Below, piece by piece: positions 10,790-24,620 of a DNA stretch of 38,847 nucleotides. Source of the stretch: Calditrichia bacterium (GTDB lineage: Bacteria > Calditrichota > Calditrichia > RBG-13-44-9); the NCBI GenBank assembly GCA_037381445.1, contig JARRQT010000003.1, positions 1-38,847 on the forward strand. The letters are read 5' to 3'. How positions within the stretch are numbered: position 1 is the first letter of the stretch; each line of letters opens with the position of its first letter. Made by a program: the position numbers and the translations under genes. The notes under the pieces were generated by a model. That model was not told where the DNA came from. It saw nothing but the letters and a program-made list of their open reading frames with translations, and ran no database searches.

Positions 10790-11415
10790 CGTGCTAACAC
10801 CTCATTTACTACTTGAACAGCGCTTTTTTGAAATATCACATATTGTGCATTTATTACATCATAAACTGAGAATTCCGGCGCCCGATGCACCTTTGTATAA
10901 GGAATGTTCCGCGCAGAAAGAATAAGATTTTTGTCAATATCCTTGGTAACGAAAAGCACCTTCGTCGTATCGAGTTTTAAATTATCAAGCACGGCTGCAA
11001 CCTGGCGGGTTTTGGGCTCTTCAAAGGAGAAATCCTCGACTACCACAATTTTCTTTTCATTGGCCTTTGCCGATAAAACAGAGCGTCGGGCCAGTTTATG
11101 CACTTTTTTGGGCAGGACTTGCGTATAGTCTCTGGGTTGCGGACCATGCGCCCTGCCGCCGCCGACCATGTGAGCAGCCCGAATTGTCCCCTGGCGCGCC
11201 CTGCCTGTTCCTTTTTGACGGAAAGGTTTTTTGCCGCCGCCAGATACCATTGCGCGGTTTTTAACCGCATGAGTACCCTGACGCTGGTTTGCCAGGTAGG
11301 CTTTCACCGCCAGATATACCACATGTTCATTTGGAATCACTTCGAAGACATCCGGGCTAAGCTCCACCTTCTCTTCTGTCTGTGTTCCGTCGATTTTATA
11401 AACATTCAGTTCCAT
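10786..11415 (-). CDS. rplD: 50S ribosomal protein L4
   Basis: RQGTHAVKNR..VSGGGKKPFRQKGTGRARQG. Confidence 0.98.
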   Translation of the reverse strand: MELNVYKIDGTQTEEKVELSPDVFEVIPNEHVVYLAVKAYLANQRQGTHAVKNRAMVSGGGKKPFRQKGTGRARQGTIRAAHMVGGGRAHGPQPRDYTQVLPKKVHKLARRSVLSAKANEKKIVVVEDFSFEEPKTRQVAAVLDNLKLDTTKVLFVTKDIDKNLILSARNIPYTKVHRAPEFSVYDVINAQYVIFQKSAVQVVNEVLAR

Positions 11416-11443
11416 TGCAATTACCTGTCCTTATTCACTCAAT

Positions 11444-12064
11444 TTAGGCTTTGTAAATCTCAACAAAATTATTTCTTGCACCGGGAATCGCTCCCTTAAG
11501 GAATAACAAATTCTTTTCAGCATCCACCATAACAACCAACAATCCTTTCACCGAAACCCGCTTGTTTCCCATTCTTCCGGCCATTTTCATTCCTTTATAG
11601 ACACGGGACGGATCGGAACTCTGACCCAGTGAACCCGGGGCCCGCAAGCGGTCGGACTGACCGTGCGTAACAGGTCCGCCGCCAAAACCGTGGCGCTTCA
11701 CCACGCCCTGGAAACCGCGTCCAATACTGGTTGCAGATACTTTTACCCTTTCGCCGGGCTGAAAAAGATCGACTTTCACCTGATCGCCAGCCTTCAATTC
11801 CTGATCTTCAAAGCCTTTGAATTCCTTCAACTTCCGCAGGGAGGGCAGGTTATTCTTTTTCAAATGACCCAGGATCGGTTTATTTGTATTTTTTTCTTTC
11901 TTGACTCCGAAACCTAATTGCACAGCATTATATCCGTCTTTTTCGGCTGTTTTGACCTGTGTAACATAGCAGGGGCCGGCTTCGATAACCGTCACGGTGA
12001 CGGAATTTCCTTCACCGTCAAAGATTTTTGTCATTCCGATTTTTTTACCCAGAATACCGCTCAT
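11444..12064 (-). CDS. rplC: 50S ribosomal protein L3
   Basis: GILGKKIGMT, GRGFQGVVKRHGF and KMAGRMG motifs; start set at MSGILG, which has a GGAG SD. Confidence 0.97.
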   Translation of the reverse strand: MSGILGKKIGMTKIFDGEGNSVTVTVIEAGPCYVTQVKTAEKDGYNAVQLGFGVKKEKNTNKPILGHLKKNNLPSLRKLKEFKGFEDQELKAGDQVKVDLFQPGERVKVSATSIGRGFQGVVKRHGFGGGPVTHGQSDRLRAPGSLGQSSDPSRVYKGMKMAGRMGNKRVSVKGLLVVMVDAEKNLLFLKGAIPGARNNFVEIYKA

Positions 12065-12091
12065 TACTATCTCCAAATAGTTATCAAATTA

Positions 12092-12400
12092 TCACGTTTT
12101 AATTTCGATATCGACGCCTGCCGGCAATTCAAGTTTCATCAGTTGATCGATGGTTTTATTGGTTGCATTATGAATATCGATCAGTCTCTTGTGCACGCGG
12201 ATCTCAAACTGCTCCCGTGATTTTTTGTCAACATGCGGCGAACGCAACACTGTAAACACACTGCGGTTTGTAGGCAAAGGGATGGGACCGGAAATAAGTG
12301 CCCCGGTTGCCTTGGCAGTTGTGATAATCTTCTCTGCCGACTTGTCAATTAAATGATAGTCATAGGCTTTTAACTTAATACGTATACTCTGTCCAGGCAC
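12092..12400 (-). CDS. rpsJ: 30S ribosomal protein S10
   Basis: [16 protein letters not shown] and [14 protein letters not shown] motifs; GTG start. Confidence 0.99.
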   Translation of the reverse strand: MPGQSIRIKLKAYDYHLIDKSAEKIITTAKATGALISGPIPLPTNRSVFTVLRSPHVDKKSREQFEIRVHKRLIDIHNATNKTIDQLMKLELPAGVDIEIKT

Positions 12401-12415
12401 AGTTGAACCTCTTTG

Positions 12416-14503
12416 TTATTTCTTTTTACCAAGAACTTTCTCAATTATCTCATCAGCAATACTTTGCGGCATTACATCATAATGATCGAACTGCATTGTG
12501 TAGACGGCGCGCCCCTGAGTAATTGACCGCAACGACGTCGCATAGCCGAACATGGCACTGAGCGGCACATAGGATTCCACAACCTGCGCATCACGGCGCG
12601 GCAAGATACCTGTTACCTTTCCGCGGCGCGAATTGAGGTCGCCAATCACATCCCCCATATATTCTTCCGGTACGACAATCTCCACTTCCATAACCGGCTC
12701 CAGCAATATGGCGTCTGCCTTCTGCATGGCATTTTTCACCGCCATCGATCCGGCAATACGGAAAGCCATTTCGCTACTATCCACATCATGATAGGAACCG
12801 TCAATCAAACGCACTTTAACATCCACAACGGGATAGCCGGCCAGCACGCCATTCTTTAATCCGTCTTCCACACCCGCTTTTACAGGAGAAATAAATTCCT
12901 TCGGAATTACGCCGCCGACGATTTTGTTTTCAAATTCAAAACCTTTTCCCTTTTCATTCGGCTCCACTTCAATAACAACATGTCCGTACTGTCCGCGGCC
13001 GCCGCTCTGCCGGATGAACTTCCCTTCGGTTTTAATCGGTTTGGTAATGGTTTCCTTATAAGCAACCTGGGGTTTCCCAATGCGTGCACCCACCTTAAAT
13101 TCCCGTAGCAGACGATCGATAATAATCTCGAGGTGCAGCTCTCCCATTCCGGAAATCAAGGTCTGACCCGTTTCCTCGTCCGTGGATACCCGGAAGGTGG
13201 GATCTTCATCGGCCAGTTTGCTCAGGGCATCGGTCAGTTTATCCTGATCCGCTTTCGATTTTGGCTCAATGGACACCGAGATGACCGGTTCCGGGAAAAT
13301 CATGGATTCCAGCATCACAGGCTTGTCCGGCGCCGATAAGGTCTCGCCGGTGTGGGTAAACTTCAGTCCCACGGCAGCGGCAATATCGCCGGTAGAGATT
13401 TCCTCGATATCTTCCCGCCGGTTGGCATGCATCTGCAGGATGCGGCCCAGTCTTTCTTTTTTTCCGTTATTTGCATTGAGAATATAGGAACCGGCCTTAA
13501 TCGTTCCCGAATAGACCCTCAAATAAGTAAGCTTGCCTACATACGGGTCGGAAGTGATTTTGAACGCCAGGGCCGTGAACGGTTCATCGTCTGTGGCATG
13601 ACGCACAACTTCCTTTTCCGAACGCGGATCCGTGCCGGTGACCGGAGGGACATCCAGCGGGGACGGAAGGTAATCGACAATCGCATCCAGTAATCTCTGA
13701 ATTCCCTTATTCTTAAATGCGGTGCCCAAAAGAACCGGTACAATCTGATTTTCCAACGTTCCTTTCCTGATGGCAGCCTTAATTTCTTCCACAGAGAGTT
13801 CCGCATTTTCCAGATATTTTTCCATCAGGTGATCATCAAATTCAGCTGCCGCTTCAATCAGGTATGTTCTGTATTCTTCAACCTTATCTTTTAAATCGCG
13901 CGGAATGTCCTGCTCAACCCAAGTTGATCCCAGACTGCTCTCATCATAAATAACAGCCTTCATTTTCACCAAATCCACCAGGCCGGTAAAAAGATCGCCT
14001 TCACCCAGCGGGATCTGCAGGGCAACCGGACGAGCGCTCAGCCGCACCTTCATCATTTCCAGCACATTGTAAAAATCAGCCCCGATGCGATCCATCTTAT
14101 TCACGAATGCAATACGGGGAACTTTGTATTTGTCAGCCTGCCGCCACACGGTTTCCGATTGTGGCTCCACACCGCCAACTGCGCAGAACAGCGCGACTGC
14201 ACCATCCAGAACCCGAAGGGATCGTTCCACTTCGGCCGTGAAATCCACGTGCCCCGGTGTATCGATAATATTTACGCGGTGATCAGCCCAAAAACAGGTC
14301 GTTGCAGCTGAAGTAATCGTGATACCCCTTTCCTTCTCCTGCTCCATCCAATCCATCGTGGCGGCACCCTCATGGACTTCACCCATCCGATGGACGCGGC
14401 CCGTATAAAACAGGATACGCTCCGTCGTGGTGGTTTTACCGGCATCAATGTGTGCCATAATGCCGATATTTCGTATTTTTTCTAAAGGATACCGCTTTGC
14501 CAT
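12416..14503 (-). CDS. fusA: Elongation factor G
   Basis: [32 protein letters not shown] and GMGELHLEI motifs. Confidence 0.99.
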   Translation of the reverse strand: MAKRYPLEKIRNIGIMAHIDAGKTTTTERILFYTGRVHRMGEVHEGAATMDWMEQEKERGITITSAATTCFWADHRVNIIDTPGHVDFTAEVERSLRVLDGAVALFCAVGGVEPQSETVWRQADKYKVPRIAFVNKMDRIGADFYNVLEMMKVRLSARPVALQIPLGEGDLFTGLVDLVKMKAVIYDESSLGSTWVEQDIPRDLKDKVEEYRTYLIEAAAEFDDHLMEKYLENAELSVEEIKAAIRKGTLENQIVPVLLGTAFKNKGIQRLLDAIVDYLPSPLDVPPVTGTDPRSEKEVVRHATDDEPFTALAFKITSDPYVGKLTYLRVYSGTIKAGSYILNANNGKKERLGRILQMHANRREDIEEISTGDIAAAVGLKFTHTGETLSAPDKPVMLESMIFPEPVISVSIEPKSKADQDKLTDALSKLADEDPTFRVSTDEETGQTLISGMGELHLEIIIDRLLREFKVGARIGKPQVAYKETITKPIKTEGKFIRQSGGRGQYGHVVIEVEPNEKGKGFEFENKIVGGVIPKEFISPVKAGVEDGLKNGVLAGYPVVDVKVRLIDGSYHDVDSSEMAFRIAGSMAVKNAMQKADAILLEPVMEVEIVVPEEYMGDVIGDLNSRRGKVTGILPRRDAQVVESYVPLSAMFGYATSLRSITQGRAVYTMQFDHYDVMPQSIADEIIEKVLGKKK

Positions 14504-14544
14504 AAATCTATAACTCCAAAAAACAAAATAATATTATAACCTCT

Positions 14545-15030
<486 letters not shown>

Positions 15031-15405
15031 TTATTTCTTCGGCCTCTTGGTTCCGTATTTTGATCGTCCTTGCTTCCTGTCATTTACACCACTGGTGTCC
15101 AGCGTTCCGCGGATAATGTGATAACGAACGCCAGGCAAATCCTTAACACGACCGCCCCGAATTAAAACGATCGAGTGTTCCTGCAAATTGTGACCTTCGC
15201 CCGGAATATAAGCAGTCACTTCAATACCATTTGTCAAACGAACACGCGCTACTTTCCTCAACGCCGAATTGGGCTTTTTCGGGGTCGTTGTATAAACACG
15301 GGTACAAACTCCGCGCTTCTGCGGCGAACTACCCAATGCGGGTGCCTTATTCTTCTTTTCAACTTGTTCTCGCCCAAACCGGACCAACTGATTAATCGTT
15401 GGCAA
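15031..15405 (-). CDS. rpsL: 30S ribosomal protein S12
   Basis: [19 protein letters not shown] and [10 protein letters not shown] motifs; TTG start with AGGAGG SD. Confidence 0.99.
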   Translation of the reverse strand: MPTINQLVRFGREQVEKKNKAPALGSSPQKRGVCTRVYTTTPKKPNSALRKVARVRLTNGIEVTAYIPGEGHNLQEHSIVLIRGGRVKDLPGVRYHIIRGTLDTSGVNDRKQGRSKYGTKRPKK

Positions 15406-15447
15406 CGCTACCTCCTAAGATTAATTTCTAAAAAGTCACAGACTTAA

Positions 15448-15476
15448 AATTTAATATATCAAAACTATTTAACCAA
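15448..15476 (-). promoter_or_regulatory. Candidate sigma70 promoter for rpsL-rpsG-fusA
   Basis: TTGGTT-17 nt-TAAATT in the AT-rich rpoC-rpsL spacer; weak -35 match. Confidence 0.35.
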
Positions 15477-15493
15477 CTTATTTTTAAAATTCT

Positions 15494-18400
15494 TTATTCC
15501 TTCACCGGCACTGTTTCAGGTATTTCTTCCTCTTCTCCGGCTTCTGTTTTCACCTCCACCTGTAACTGTTTGTACTTCTTCATTCCCGTTCCAACCGGAA
15601 TCAGATTACCCACAATGACGTTCTCTTTCAGGCCGTACAGGTAATCCACTTTGCCGGCCACAGAGGCTTCCGTCAGCACCCGGGTGGTCTCCTGGAAGGA
15701 GGCCGCACTGATAAAGCTATCAGTGGTAAGTGCCGCCTGAGTGATACCCAACAGAATGGGCTCCGCGGTGGCAGGCTCCGCCGGACGCGCCTCAGCCAGA
15801 TTCTTCTCATTCTTCTGCAGCTGGCGATTGGTATACTCGAACTTCATCCGGTCAACCAACTGCCGTTTGCGGAAGCGGGAATCGCCGGGCTCGGTGATGA
15901 CCACTTTATTACGGATCTTTTCATTTTCTTCTTTGAACATGAATTTATTAATGGTGTCACCTTCCAGGAACCGCGTATCACCGGAATCCAGCACGCGCAC
16001 CCGCTGCATCATCTGACGCACGATGACTTCAATGTGCTTGTCATCAATACTCACACCCTGCAAACGGTAGACTTCCTGAATTTCATTCACCAGATATTCC
16101 TGAACCTTGTTCGGTCCCAAAATCTGCAGAATATCCTGTGGCGCAATGGCACCCTCGGTGAGCATTTCACCGGCCTTCACATAATCGCCGTTGTGCACCA
16201 GAACGTGCATACTGTAGGGAACCAGATATTTTTTCTTTTCCAGGGTTCCTTCCACTATGATTTCGCGAACACCGCGTTTGATGGTTCCGAAACGGATAAC
16301 ACCGTCGATCTCGCTGACCACCGCCTGTTCCTTCGGTTTACGGGCTTCGAAAAGCTCGGCAACACGGGGCAGACCGCCGGTAATGTCGCGAGTTCGGCCA
16401 AATTCACGGGGAATTCTGGCCAGAACGGTTCCGGCCTTTATCTTCTGACCATCCGTTACACGAATCTGTGCTTTTACCGGCAAAATGTGAGTCGCTATTT
16501 CATTGCCCTCTTCATCGAGGGTTTTAATATGCGGACTCAAATTCTTATTTCTCGATTCGATGATCACGCGCTGTTTCTGCAAGGTCTGCTCATCCAGCTC
16601 TTCACGGGCAGTGACATTTTCCACTATGTCAACAAATTTGACAGTGCCGCCCTTTTCCGCCAGAATGACTGTCGAGTAAGGATCCCATTCAAAAAGGGTC
16701 TCACCTTTTTTAACCATCGCTCCTTCTTCCACCAGCACATTGGCGCCCGCCTGTACCGTATATTTCACCAGCGAACGGTCCTGTTCATCCACAATGTGGA
16801 TCTTGCCGTGCTGGCCAAGTGAAAGCATACGCGACTGAACTTCACCTTCCTCATTTAATTCTTCACCGCGGATAAGCCGCAGATTCTCATATTTTACTTT
16901 TCCGTCAAAACGGGCAATGACCTGGGACTGCGCGGCAATACGGCCTGCAATACCACCGATATGGAAGGTTCTCAGGGTTAACTGGGTACCGGGCTCGCCG
17001 ATACTCTGGGCAGCCATCACGCCAACCGCTTCGCCGATGTCGACCATATGGCCGTTGGCAAGATTTCTTCCGTAGCACATGGCGCATACCCCGCGTTCTG
17101 CTTCGCAGGTTAATACGGAGCGAATTTTCACGGATTCGATGGCGGATTCCTCAATAATTTCCGCTTTCTCTTCATCAATCAGATCACCAGCCTTCACAAC
17201 CAGATCGCCGGTCAGCGGATCATAAAGATCATCCACTGCCACACGACCGAGGACACGGTCTGCCAGCGATTCGATGACTCTTTCACCTTCTTTGATCGGG
17301 AAGGTCTCAATACCCAGAATGGTACCGCAGTCAAATTCCGTGATCATAAGGTCCTGCGCCACATCCACCAGACGACGGGTCAGATAACCGGCATCAGCTG
17401 TTTTCAAAGCCGTATCGGCCAGACCTTTGCGGGCGCCGTGTGTGGAAATAAAGTATTCCTGCACCGTCAACCCCTCAAAGAAGTTCGCCGTAATCGGGTT
17501 TTCAATGATTTCGCCCGTCTGACCAGTCAAGGTTTTCTGCGGTTTTGCCATCAGACCACGCATGCCAGCCAGCTGCCGGATCTGTTCACGGCTACCACGG
17601 GCACCGGAGTCGGACATCATGTAGAGGGAGTTAAATCCTTCTTTATGATCTTTCAGAATCTTGAACAGATCAGATGAAACCTGTTCGGTGACCCGGGTCC
17701 AAATGTCAATAACTTTATTGTAACGTTCACCGTCTGTGATAATACCCATCTGGTATTGATTTTCCAGTTGGCGAACTTCATCATACGCTTTGTCTACAAT
17801 TTCTTCCTTGCTTTCCGGAATAACCACATCATCCAAACCGATGCTGGAACCGGCCAGCGTGGAATAACGGAAGCCCAATTCCTTCAGATTATCGAGAAAC
17901 TGCACCGTACGCAGATTACCGATCTGCTTCATAATTAAGCCGATAAGGCGTTCCAGCGTTTTCTTCGTCATGGGAACGTTAATATATCCCATTTCCGGCG
18001 GAACGATCTGGTTAAAGATGATCCGTCCTGCCGTGGTTTCGATAATCTTGCCGTTCACCCGCGCTTTTATTTTCGCATGGAGGTGGATCTTCCGGTCGTT
18101 ATAGGCAATGATTACTTCGCGGGCAGAGGAGAATATTTTTCCCTCACCCAGAGCACCATTCCGGTCTTTGGTAACATAATAGCAACCCAGCACCATATCC
18201 TGCGACGGGATCGCCAGCGGCCTTCCATTTGCCGGTGACAGAATGTTGTGCGATGAGAGCATCAGCATCCTGGCTTCCATTTGTGCTTCATAGGAAAGCG
18301 GAACATGAACGGCCATCTGGTCACCGTCGAAGTCGGCGTTGAAGGCCGAACAGACCAACGGGTGAATTTCGATGGCTTTTCCTTCAATTAGAACCGGCTG

Positions 18401-19771
18401 GAATGCCTGGATACCCAAACGGTGCAGCGTGGGTGCACGGTTCAGCATAACCGGATGCTCACTGACAATTTCTTCCAGCACCTCAAAGACCATGGCATCG
18501 CGTTTCTCAACGATGCGTTTGGCACTCTTCACAGTTTTAACCACTTTGCGGTCCTGCAGCTTGCGGATAATGAACGGCTTGAACAGCTCGACGGCCATTT
18601 CCTTCGGCAAACCGCACTCATACAATTTCAGCTTGGGACCAACAACAATGACCGAACGGCCGGAATAGTCCACACGCTTTCCGAGAAGGTTCAACCGGAA
18701 ACGGCCCTGTTTTCCGCGAAGCATATCCGACAGCGATTTCAGCGGACGGTTACCGTCGCTGCGCACTGCCGTAGTACGTTTGGTGTTGTCGAACAGGGCA
18801 TCGATTGCTTCCTGCAGCATCCGTTTCTCATTTCTTAAAATGACTTCCGGCGCTTTGATATCGATCAGTTTTTTCAGACGATTGTTGCGAATGATAACCC
18901 GCCGATAGAGATCGTTCAGGTCGCTGGTTGCGAAACGCCCGCCTTCCAGCGGCACCAGCGGACGAAGTTCCGGCGGAATCACCGGAATCACATCCATCAC
19001 CATCCATTCGGGGCGGTTTTTCAGCTCGCCGTTCTCACGGGTACGGAAAGCCTCCACAACCTTGAGGCGTTTCAGCGCTTCCTGTTTTTTCTGTTTCGAT
19101 TTCTCTGTTCTCAGAACGGTACGCAGTTCTTCAGCCAGTTCATCTACATCAATTCTGCGCAGCATATCACGGATCGCATCGCCGCCCATTCCGGCGAGAA
19201 ATTTATCGGGATTGTCATCCGGCAGATTGCGGTCTTCCGGAGAAAGCCCTTCCATTACATTCATGTATTCTTCTTCTGTGAGCACATCACCGATTTTATA
19301 GCTGGTTTTGCCAGGCTGAATCGTCACATATGCTTCATAATAGATAATCTTTTCCAGATCCTTGGGAGAAATATTCAGCAGATAGCCTACCTTGGTGGGC
19401 GTGGAACGGAAATACCAGATATGGACAATGGGAACTGCCAGACTGATATGCCCCATTCTTTCGCGCCGGACTGCTTTTGTGGTCACTTCCACGCCACAGC
19501 GGTCACAGATAATTCCCTTATACCGGATTCGCTTATATTTACCGCAATGGCATTCCCAGTCTTTTACCGGCCCAAATATCTTTTCACAAAAAAGACCATC
19601 TTTTTCCGGCTTGAACGAACGGTAGTTAATGGTCTCCGGTTTGGTCACCTCCCCGTAGCTTTTTTCCAGAATAGAATTTGGTGACGCCAAGCCGATAGAA
19701 ATCTTGGATATTTGACCCTTCTTGGGATAATTATCGATGCTCAATCTTTCTTTGAGATCTAATTTATTCAT
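15494..19771 (-). CDS. rpoC: RNA polymerase beta' subunit
   Basis: Zinc finger CHC...[16 protein letters not shown] and [13 protein letters not shown] motifs; 1425 aa. Confidence 0.99.
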   Translation of the reverse strand: MNKLDLKERLSIDNYPKKGQISKISIGLASPNSILEKSYGEVTKPETINYRSFKPEKDGLFCEKIFGPVKDWECHCGKYKRIRYKGIICDRCGVEVTTKAVRRERMGHISLAVPIVHIWYFRSTPTKVGYLLNISPKDLEKIIYYEAYVTIQPGKTSYKIGDVLTEEEYMNVMEGLSPEDRNLPDDNPDKFLAGMGGDAIRDMLRRIDVDELAEELRTVLRTEKSKQKKQEALKRLKVVEAFRTRENGELKNRPEWMVMDVIPVIPPELRPLVPLEGGRFATSDLNDLYRRVIIRNNRLKKLIDIKAPEVILRNEKRMLQEAIDALFDNTKRTTAVRSDGNRPLKSLSDMLRGKQGRFRLNLLGKRVDYSGRSVIVVGPKLKLYECGLPKEMAVELFKPFIIRKLQDRKVVKTVKSAKRIVEKRDAMVFEVLEEIVSEHPVMLNRAPTLHRLGIQAFQPVLIEGKAIEIHPLVCSAFNADFDGDQMAVHVPLSYEAQMEARMLMLSSHNILSPANGRPLAIPSQDMVLGCYYVTKDRNGALGEGKIFSSAREVIIAYNDRKIHLHAKIKARVNGKIIETTAGRIIFNQIVPPEMGYINVPMTKKTLERLIGLIMKQIGNLRTVQFLDNLKELGFRYSTLAGSSIGLDDVVIPESKEEIVDKAYDEVRQLENQYQMGIITDGERYNKVIDIWTRVTEQVSSDLFKILKDHKEGFNSLYMMSDSGARGSREQIRQLAGMRGLMAKPQKTLTGQTGEIIENPITANFFEGLTVQEYFISTHGARKGLADTALKTADAGYLTRRLVDVAQDLMITEFDCGTILGIETFPIKEGERVIESLADRVLGRVAVDDLYDPLTGDLVVKAGDLIDEEKAEIIEESAIESVKIRSVLTCEAERGVCAMCYGRNLANGHMVDIGEAVGVMAAQSIGEPGTQLTLRTFHIGGIAGRIAAQSQVIARFDGKVKYENLRLIRGEELNEEGEVQSRMLSLGQHGKIHIVDEQDRSLVKYTVQAGANVLVEEGAMVKKGETLFEWDPYSTVILAEKGGTVKFVDIVENVTAREELDEQTLQKQRVIIESRNKNLSPHIKTLDEEGNEIATHILPVKAQIRVTDGQKIKAGTVLARIPREFGRTRDITGGLPRVAELFEARKPKEQAVVSEIDGVIRFGTIKRGVREIIVEGTLEKKKYLVPYSMHVLVHNGDYVKAGEMLTEGAIAPQDILQILGPNKVQEYLVNEIQEVYRLQGVSIDDKHIEVIVRQMMQRVRVLDSGDTRFLEGDTINKFMFKEENEKIRNKVVITEPGDSRFRKRQLVDRMKFEYTNRQLQKNEKNLAEARPAEPATAEPILLGITQAALTTDSFISAASFQETTRVLTEASVAGKVDYLYGLKENVIVGNLIPVGTGMKKYKQLQVEVKTEAGEEEEIPETVPVKE

Positions 19772-19795
19772 AAATGGAAAACCCTCTTTTGTTTG

Positions 19796-19826
19796 GAATA
19801 AAAGATTGCCCGCGACGGGTAATCTT
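19796..19826 (-). terminator. Terminator-like hairpin between rpoB and rpoC
   Basis: Minus-strand AAGAUUACCCG-UCG-CGGGCAAUCUU (10/11 pairs) running into UUUUAUU, right after the rpoB stop. Confidence 0.45.
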
Positions 19827-19827
19827 G

Positions 19828-22800
19828 TTATTCAACTTTTACATCTAAGCCTAAACCTTGCAGTTCTTTTACCAAAACATTGAAGGATTCGGGCCGTCCG
19901 GGTTCAGGCAAATTATCGCCTTTAACGATAGACTCATATACTTTGGTGCGACCCTGAACATCATCACTCTTGAACGTGAGGATTTCCTGCAGGGTGTGCG
20001 CGGCGCCGTACGCTTCCAGCGCCCAGACTTCCATTTCACCAAATCTCTGCCCGCCAAACTGGGCTTTACCGCCCAGCGGCTGCTGAGTGATAAGTGAGTA
20101 CGGTCCAATAGAACGCGCATGAATTTTATCATCTACCATATGGGATAACTTCATCATATATATAAAACCAACAGTGACTTCCTGGTGGAATTTTTCGCCG
20201 GTCTGTCCGTCATACAGCGACATTTTACCGGATGTCGGGAGTCCCGCTTTCTTCATTTCCTCCAGAACTTCATCGTAACTGGCACCATCGAAAACCGGCG
20301 TTGCATAATATTTATCCAGGATACGGCCGGCCCAGCCCAGGGTGGTCTCGAATATCTGCCCCAGGTTCATACGGGAGGGCACACCCAGCGGATTCAATAC
20401 GATATCGACCGGAGTACCATCGGGTAAGAACGGCATATCCTCCATGGGAACAATCTTGGCAACAACGCCCTTGTTCCCGTGCCGACCGGCCATCTTGTCT
20501 CCCACTTTAAGCTTGCGCTTCTGGGCGACATAAACTTTGGCCAGCTGTACGATGCCCGGCGGAAGTTCATCGCCGATCATAATTTTATATTTTTCAGTAC
20601 GAAGATCATTCTCGATTTCACGTGACAGACTCTTGTATTCGGAGAAAGCGCGCCGGACTATCTCATTCAGTTCGCCGTCTTCGAACCAGGATTCCAGATA
20701 ATCGATGAAATCAATCTCAACCTTCTCAAAAGCCGCTCTGGTGATTTTTGCCTTCGGTTTTACCAGATATTTGCCGGCTTTCGTCTTGATGCCAAGCGTC
20801 GGCTTACCACCGAGTTTTTCTTCCAGATAAGTGAAGAGACGATCCTGGATATCCCGAATCCTTTCCTCATTTTGCTTCTCGAGCCGATCAATGAGTTTCT
20901 TATCTTCTTTTTTCGTCTTCGGATCTTTCTTCTTCCGCGAGAACAATTTTGTATCAATCACAATACCTTCCATACCGGAGGGAAGCTTCAGGCTGGCGTC
21001 TTTCACATCGCCGGCTTTGCTTCCAAAAATAGCCTTCAGCAATTTCTCTTCAGGTGTGGGTTCGGTTTCACCTTTTGGCGTCACTTTGCCAACCAGAATA
21101 TCGCCTGCATGGACTTCCGCACCGGTCCGCACAATTCCACCTTCATCCAGATTCTTGGTCGCTTCTTCACTCACATTGGGAATTTCACGTGTCAGTTCTT
21201 CTTCGCCGCGTTTGGTATCGCGGACCTGGGTCTCGAACTCTTCCACATGGACAGAAGTGAAGACATCATCCCGCGCAATCCGCTCAGAAATTACAATCGC
21301 ATCTTCAAAGTTATATCCGTTCCAGGGCATGAAAGCAACCAGAATATTCTGTCCCAGCGCCAGCTCACCGCCCTGTGTCGCATGTCCGTCTGCCAGAGCC
21401 TGACCCTTCTTCACCCGCTGACCTTCTTTGACGATAGGCCGCTGGTTGATGCAGGTGTTCTGGTTTGTTCGGACGAATTTCATCAATTCATATTCCACTC
21501 TCTGGGCTTCTCCGCTTAGAATCTGCCGGACATCGTTCACAGAACCCTGATCGACCTTGACAACGATTTTTTCGCTGTCCACTTTTTCGACCACACCATC
21601 CACCTCAGAGACAATTGCCGCGCCGGAATCCTTGGCAACCCGTTCTTCCATACCGGTGCCCACGATGGGAGTTTCCGGTCGAATGAGGGGAACCGCCTGG
21701 CGCTGCATGTTCGATCCCATCAGGGCGCGGTTTGCATCGTCGTGCTCCAGAAAGGGAATCAGCGAAGCCGCAGGAGAGACAATCTGATTGGAAGCCACGT
21801 CAATATACTGGATGTCGTCGGGATTGGAGAGAACAAAATCGCTTCTCTGGCGAACTTTGATCATATCGCGTTTGAACTCGCCGCTGCCCTCATCCACTGG
21901 TGCATTGAACTGCGCAATCACCGTACGCTCTTCATCATCCGCAGAGAGATATTCCAGCTCTTCGGTGAGCTTGCCTTTTTCAACTTTTCTATATGGAGTT
22001 TCAATGAATCCGAATTCATTTACCTTTGCCAGCACGCACAGGGAAGAAATCAGTCCGATATTCGGTCCTTCCGGCGTCTCAATCGGGCACAGACGGCCAT
22101 AGTGAGTATAGTGGATATCGCGCACCTCAAAACCGGCCCGTTCCCGGGTTAGACCGCCGGGGCCCAGGGCGCTCATACGCCGTTTGTGCGTCAACTCTGC
22201 CAGCGGGTTTGTCTGATCCATGAACTGGGACAACTGGGAGGTGCCGAAGAACGTATTAATTACAGAGGTAATCGCACGTGCATTAATCAGTTCCTGCGGC
22301 GTCAGCGTTTCAGAATCGCCCAGATTCATGCGTTCTTTAATTGTTCTGGCCATCCGGGTCAATCCCAGGTTCATCTGTGCCGAGAGCTGTTCGCCTACGG
22401 TGCGCACCCGGCGGTTGCCCAGATGGTCAATGTCGTCCGTTGAACGCTTGCCGTCGCGGAGATCCATCAGATATTTAATGATTTCAACAAAATCTTCCCG
22501 GGTCAGGACGGTGTTCTCAACATCAACCTTCAGTCCCAGCTTCTTGTTCAGCCGGTAGCGTCCGACTTTGCCGAGTTCATAGCGTTTGGAATTAAAAAAC
22601 ATTTTATCGAGCAGACCGCGGGCCGTCTCCAGATCAGGCGGTTCACCGGACCGCAGCAGGCTGTAGATTTTGCGCAGGGCGGTTTCTTCATCCTTGGCAT
22701 CGTCCTTTTCCAGCGTATTCAGGATAATATTGGGCATCGTGGGATCATTGGGATGCTGCAGCCGGATCTCCTTAAGACCGCTTGCCTTAAGCGCTTCCAC

Positions 22801-23613
22801 GCTTTCTTCATCCAATACCGCTCCGCCTTCCAGAAGAACTTCCCCAGTCTTTTCGTTAACGATATCCTCAACTGTTCTTCTGCCAACCAGATTCAGGGTA
22901 TCGGTCTTTTTCAAATCAATAACATCCAGCAATCCAAATAGCTCCAGGATTTCCTTATTGTTGGCATAGCCCAGAGAACGCAGGAATGTTGTCACAAAGA
23001 ATTTCTTTTTCCGGTCAATATAAACATGCAGGCTGTCGTTAACATCTGTCATGAATTCCACCCAGCTTCCCCGGAAAGGAATAACGCGGGCTGAAAATAT
23101 CTTGGTACCGTTGGGATGGAGACTTTCATCAAAAAATACGCCTGGTGCACGGTGCAACTGGTTGACGATTACCCGTTCCGCGCCATTAATAATGAAAGTT
23201 CCGCGGGGCGTCATATAGGGGATATTTCCCAGATAGACGTCCTGTTCAATCGTTTCTGTATAGTTCTCGGTTTCACCGGTCATATCCTTAATAGAGAGGC
23301 GCATTTTGGCTTTGAGGGGCACAGCATAAGTAAGTCCTCGTTCCCGGCATTCCCGTACGTTATATTTCGGCTTGTCTATATAATATTCCACAAAGTCGAG
23401 AATAAAATTTTCCCGGCTGTCAACAATTGGAAATGTTGCAAGAAAAACCGCCTGCAAGCCTTTTTCCTGTCGCTTATCCGGCGGTATGTTCTCCTGCAAA
23501 AATTCCTCAAACGATTTAAGTTGAATATCCAGAAGATCTGGATATTCAACTATCGTCGGTATTTTTGAAAAGAATTCTCTTTTAATTTCATTATTTTCTT
23601 TCAAAGAAAACAC
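19828..23613 (-). CDS. rpoB: RNA polymerase beta subunit
   Basis: [25 protein letters not shown] and [18 protein letters not shown] motifs; GTG start. Confidence 0.99.
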   Translation of the reverse strand: MFSLKENNEIKREFFSKIPTIVEYPDLLDIQLKSFEEFLQENIPPDKRQEKGLQAVFLATFPIVDSRENFILDFVEYYIDKPKYNVRECRERGLTYAVPLKAKMRLSIKDMTGETENYTETIEQDVYLGNIPYMTPRGTFIINGAERVIVNQLHRAPGVFFDESLHPNGTKIFSARVIPFRGSWVEFMTDVNDSLHVYIDRKKKFFVTTFLRSLGYANNKEILELFGLLDVIDLKKTDTLNLVGRRTVEDIVNEKTGEVLLEGGAVLDEESVEALKASGLKEIRLQHPNDPTMPNIILNTLEKDDAKDEETALRKIYSLLRSGEPPDLETARGLLDKMFFNSKRYELGKVGRYRLNKKLGLKVDVENTVLTREDFVEIIKYLMDLRDGKRSTDDIDHLGNRRVRTVGEQLSAQMNLGLTRMARTIKERMNLGDSETLTPQELINARAITSVINTFFGTSQLSQFMDQTNPLAELTHKRRMSALGPGGLTRERAGFEVRDIHYTHYGRLCPIETPEGPNIGLISSLCVLAKVNEFGFIETPYRKVEKGKLTEELEYLSADDEERTVIAQFNAPVDEGSGEFKRDMIKVRQRSDFVLSNPDDIQYIDVASNQIVSPAASLIPFLEHDDANRALMGSNMQRQAVPLIRPETPIVGTGMEERVAKDSGAAIVSEVDGVVEKVDSEKIVVKVDQGSVNDVRQILSGEAQRVEYELMKFVRTNQNTCINQRPIVKEGQRVKKGQALADGHATQGGELALGQNILVAFMPWNGYNFEDAIVISERIARDDVFTSVHVEEFETQVRDTKRGEEELTREIPNVSEEATKNLDEGGIVRTGAEVHAGDILVGKVTPKGETEPTPEEKLLKAIFGSKAGDVKDASLKLPSGMEGIVIDTKLFSRKKKDPKTKKEDKKLIDRLEKQNEERIRDIQDRLFTYLEEKLGGKPTLGIKTKAGKYLVKPKAKITRAAFEKVEIDFIDYLESWFEDGELNEIVRRAFSEYKSLSREIENDLRTEKYKIMIGDELPPGIVQLAKVYVAQKRKLKVGDKMAGRHGNKGVVAKIVPMEDMPFLPDGTPVDIVLNPLGVPSRMNLGQIFETTLGWAGRILDKYYATPVFDGASYDEVLEEMKKAGLPTSGKMSLYDGQTGEKFHQEVTVGFIYMMKLSHMVDDKIHARSIGPYSLITQQPLGGKAQFGGQRFGEMEVWALEAYGAAHTLQEILTFKSDDVQGRTKVYESIVKGDNLPEPGRPESFNVLVKELQGLGLDVKVE

Positions 23614-23653
23614 CTCGTTTTAACTTCTTATTTTTTAACCAAATAAAACATAA

Positions 23654-24040
23654 TTATTTGATTTCGACAGTGGCCCCGACCTCTTCCAGCTGTTTCTTGA
23701 TGTCTTCTGCTTCGGCCTTGGAAACGCCCTCTTTGATCGCCTTGGGAGCGGCCTCGACCATTTCTTTTGCTTCTTTCAATCCCAGATTAGTGAGGGCACG
23801 GACCACTTTGATGACCTGAATTTTCTGAGAGCCGATCTCTTTCAGCACGGCGTCAAATTCGGTTTTTTCTTCGGCAGCAGCTTCTCCACCAGCAGGTACC
23901 ATCCCACCAACCGGCATTGCTACAGGAGCAGCAGCAGTAACACCAAACTTATCTTCAATTTCTTTTACAAGTTCAGAGACCTCCAACATCGTCGCTTTTT
24001 CTAAGTAAGCGAGAACATCTGCGCGAGTGATTTCTGCCAT
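23654..24040 (-). CDS. rplL: 50S ribosomal protein L7/L12
   Basis: KFGVTAAAP hinge, EEKTEFD and [11 protein letters not shown] motifs. Confidence 0.98.
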   Translation of the reverse strand: MAEITRADVLAYLEKATMLEVSELVKEIEDKFGVTAAAPVAMPVGGMVPAGGEAAAEEKTEFDAVLKEIGSQKIQVIKVVRALTNLGLKEAKEMVEAAPKAIKEGVSKAEAEDIKKQLEEVGATVEIK

Positions 24041-24076
24041 TTTATGATTACCTCCAATTAATAATGCTGTTAATAA

Positions 24077-24595
24077 TTAATTATTTTTCTTTTCTTCGAG
24101 CGCTTTCAGTGCCATCAGCATTTTGGTCATGGCGCCGTTTAGTGTGCTCGCTAATTTAACCATGGGCGACTGTAACATACTCGCCAACTGTCCCAACAGT
24201 TCCTCGCGGGAAGGAAGTTTTGCAACCGCCTCTACCTGTTCGGGGCTTAGTACTTTTCCTTCGAACAAAGCTGCTTTGAATTTCAGCTTCTCCTTAAACT
24301 CTTTTTTCCTATCCAAAACTTTGGCAGGAAGCGTAGGATCGCCGTAGGTAATCGCAAAACCGTTTACCCCTTTCAGGTACTCATCCATACTCTCGATACC
24401 GGCATTATGAAAAGAGAGCTTGGCAAGCGTATTTTTCATCACGCGGTATTCAATATTTTCCTGTTTCAAGTTTTGACGCAATTCAGTAGTCATAACAACA
24501 TTTAATCCGGTGAAATCGACCAGGAAAATTCCGGTGGCTTTCCCGAATTTATCGCTCATTTCCTGAACAATCTGTTCTTTCTGTGGAGTAGGCAT
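24077..24595 (-). CDS. rplJ: 50S ribosomal protein L10
   Basis: DFTGL, VMKNTLAK and AKLPSREELL motifs; start set at MPTPQK with GAGGA SD. Confidence 0.96.
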   Translation of the reverse strand: MPTPQKEQIVQEMSDKFGKATGIFLVDFTGLNVVMTTELRQNLKQENIEYRVMKNTLAKLSFHNAGIESMDEYLKGVNGFAITYGDPTLPAKVLDRKKEFKEKLKFKAALFEGKVLSPEQVEAVAKLPSREELLGQLASMLQSPMVKLASTLNGAMTKMLMALKALEEKKNN

Positions 24596-24620
24596 AACGC
24601 TATTCCTCAAACTTTATCAA

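Noticed and set aside
15100..15300. Streptomycin-resistance sites in rpsL
   Set aside because: PKKPNS and RVKDLPG both retain the wild-type lysines.
22050..22260. Rifampicin-resistance region of rpoB
   Set aside because: Key Q, D, H and S positions match the sensitive consensus ([22 protein letters not shown]).
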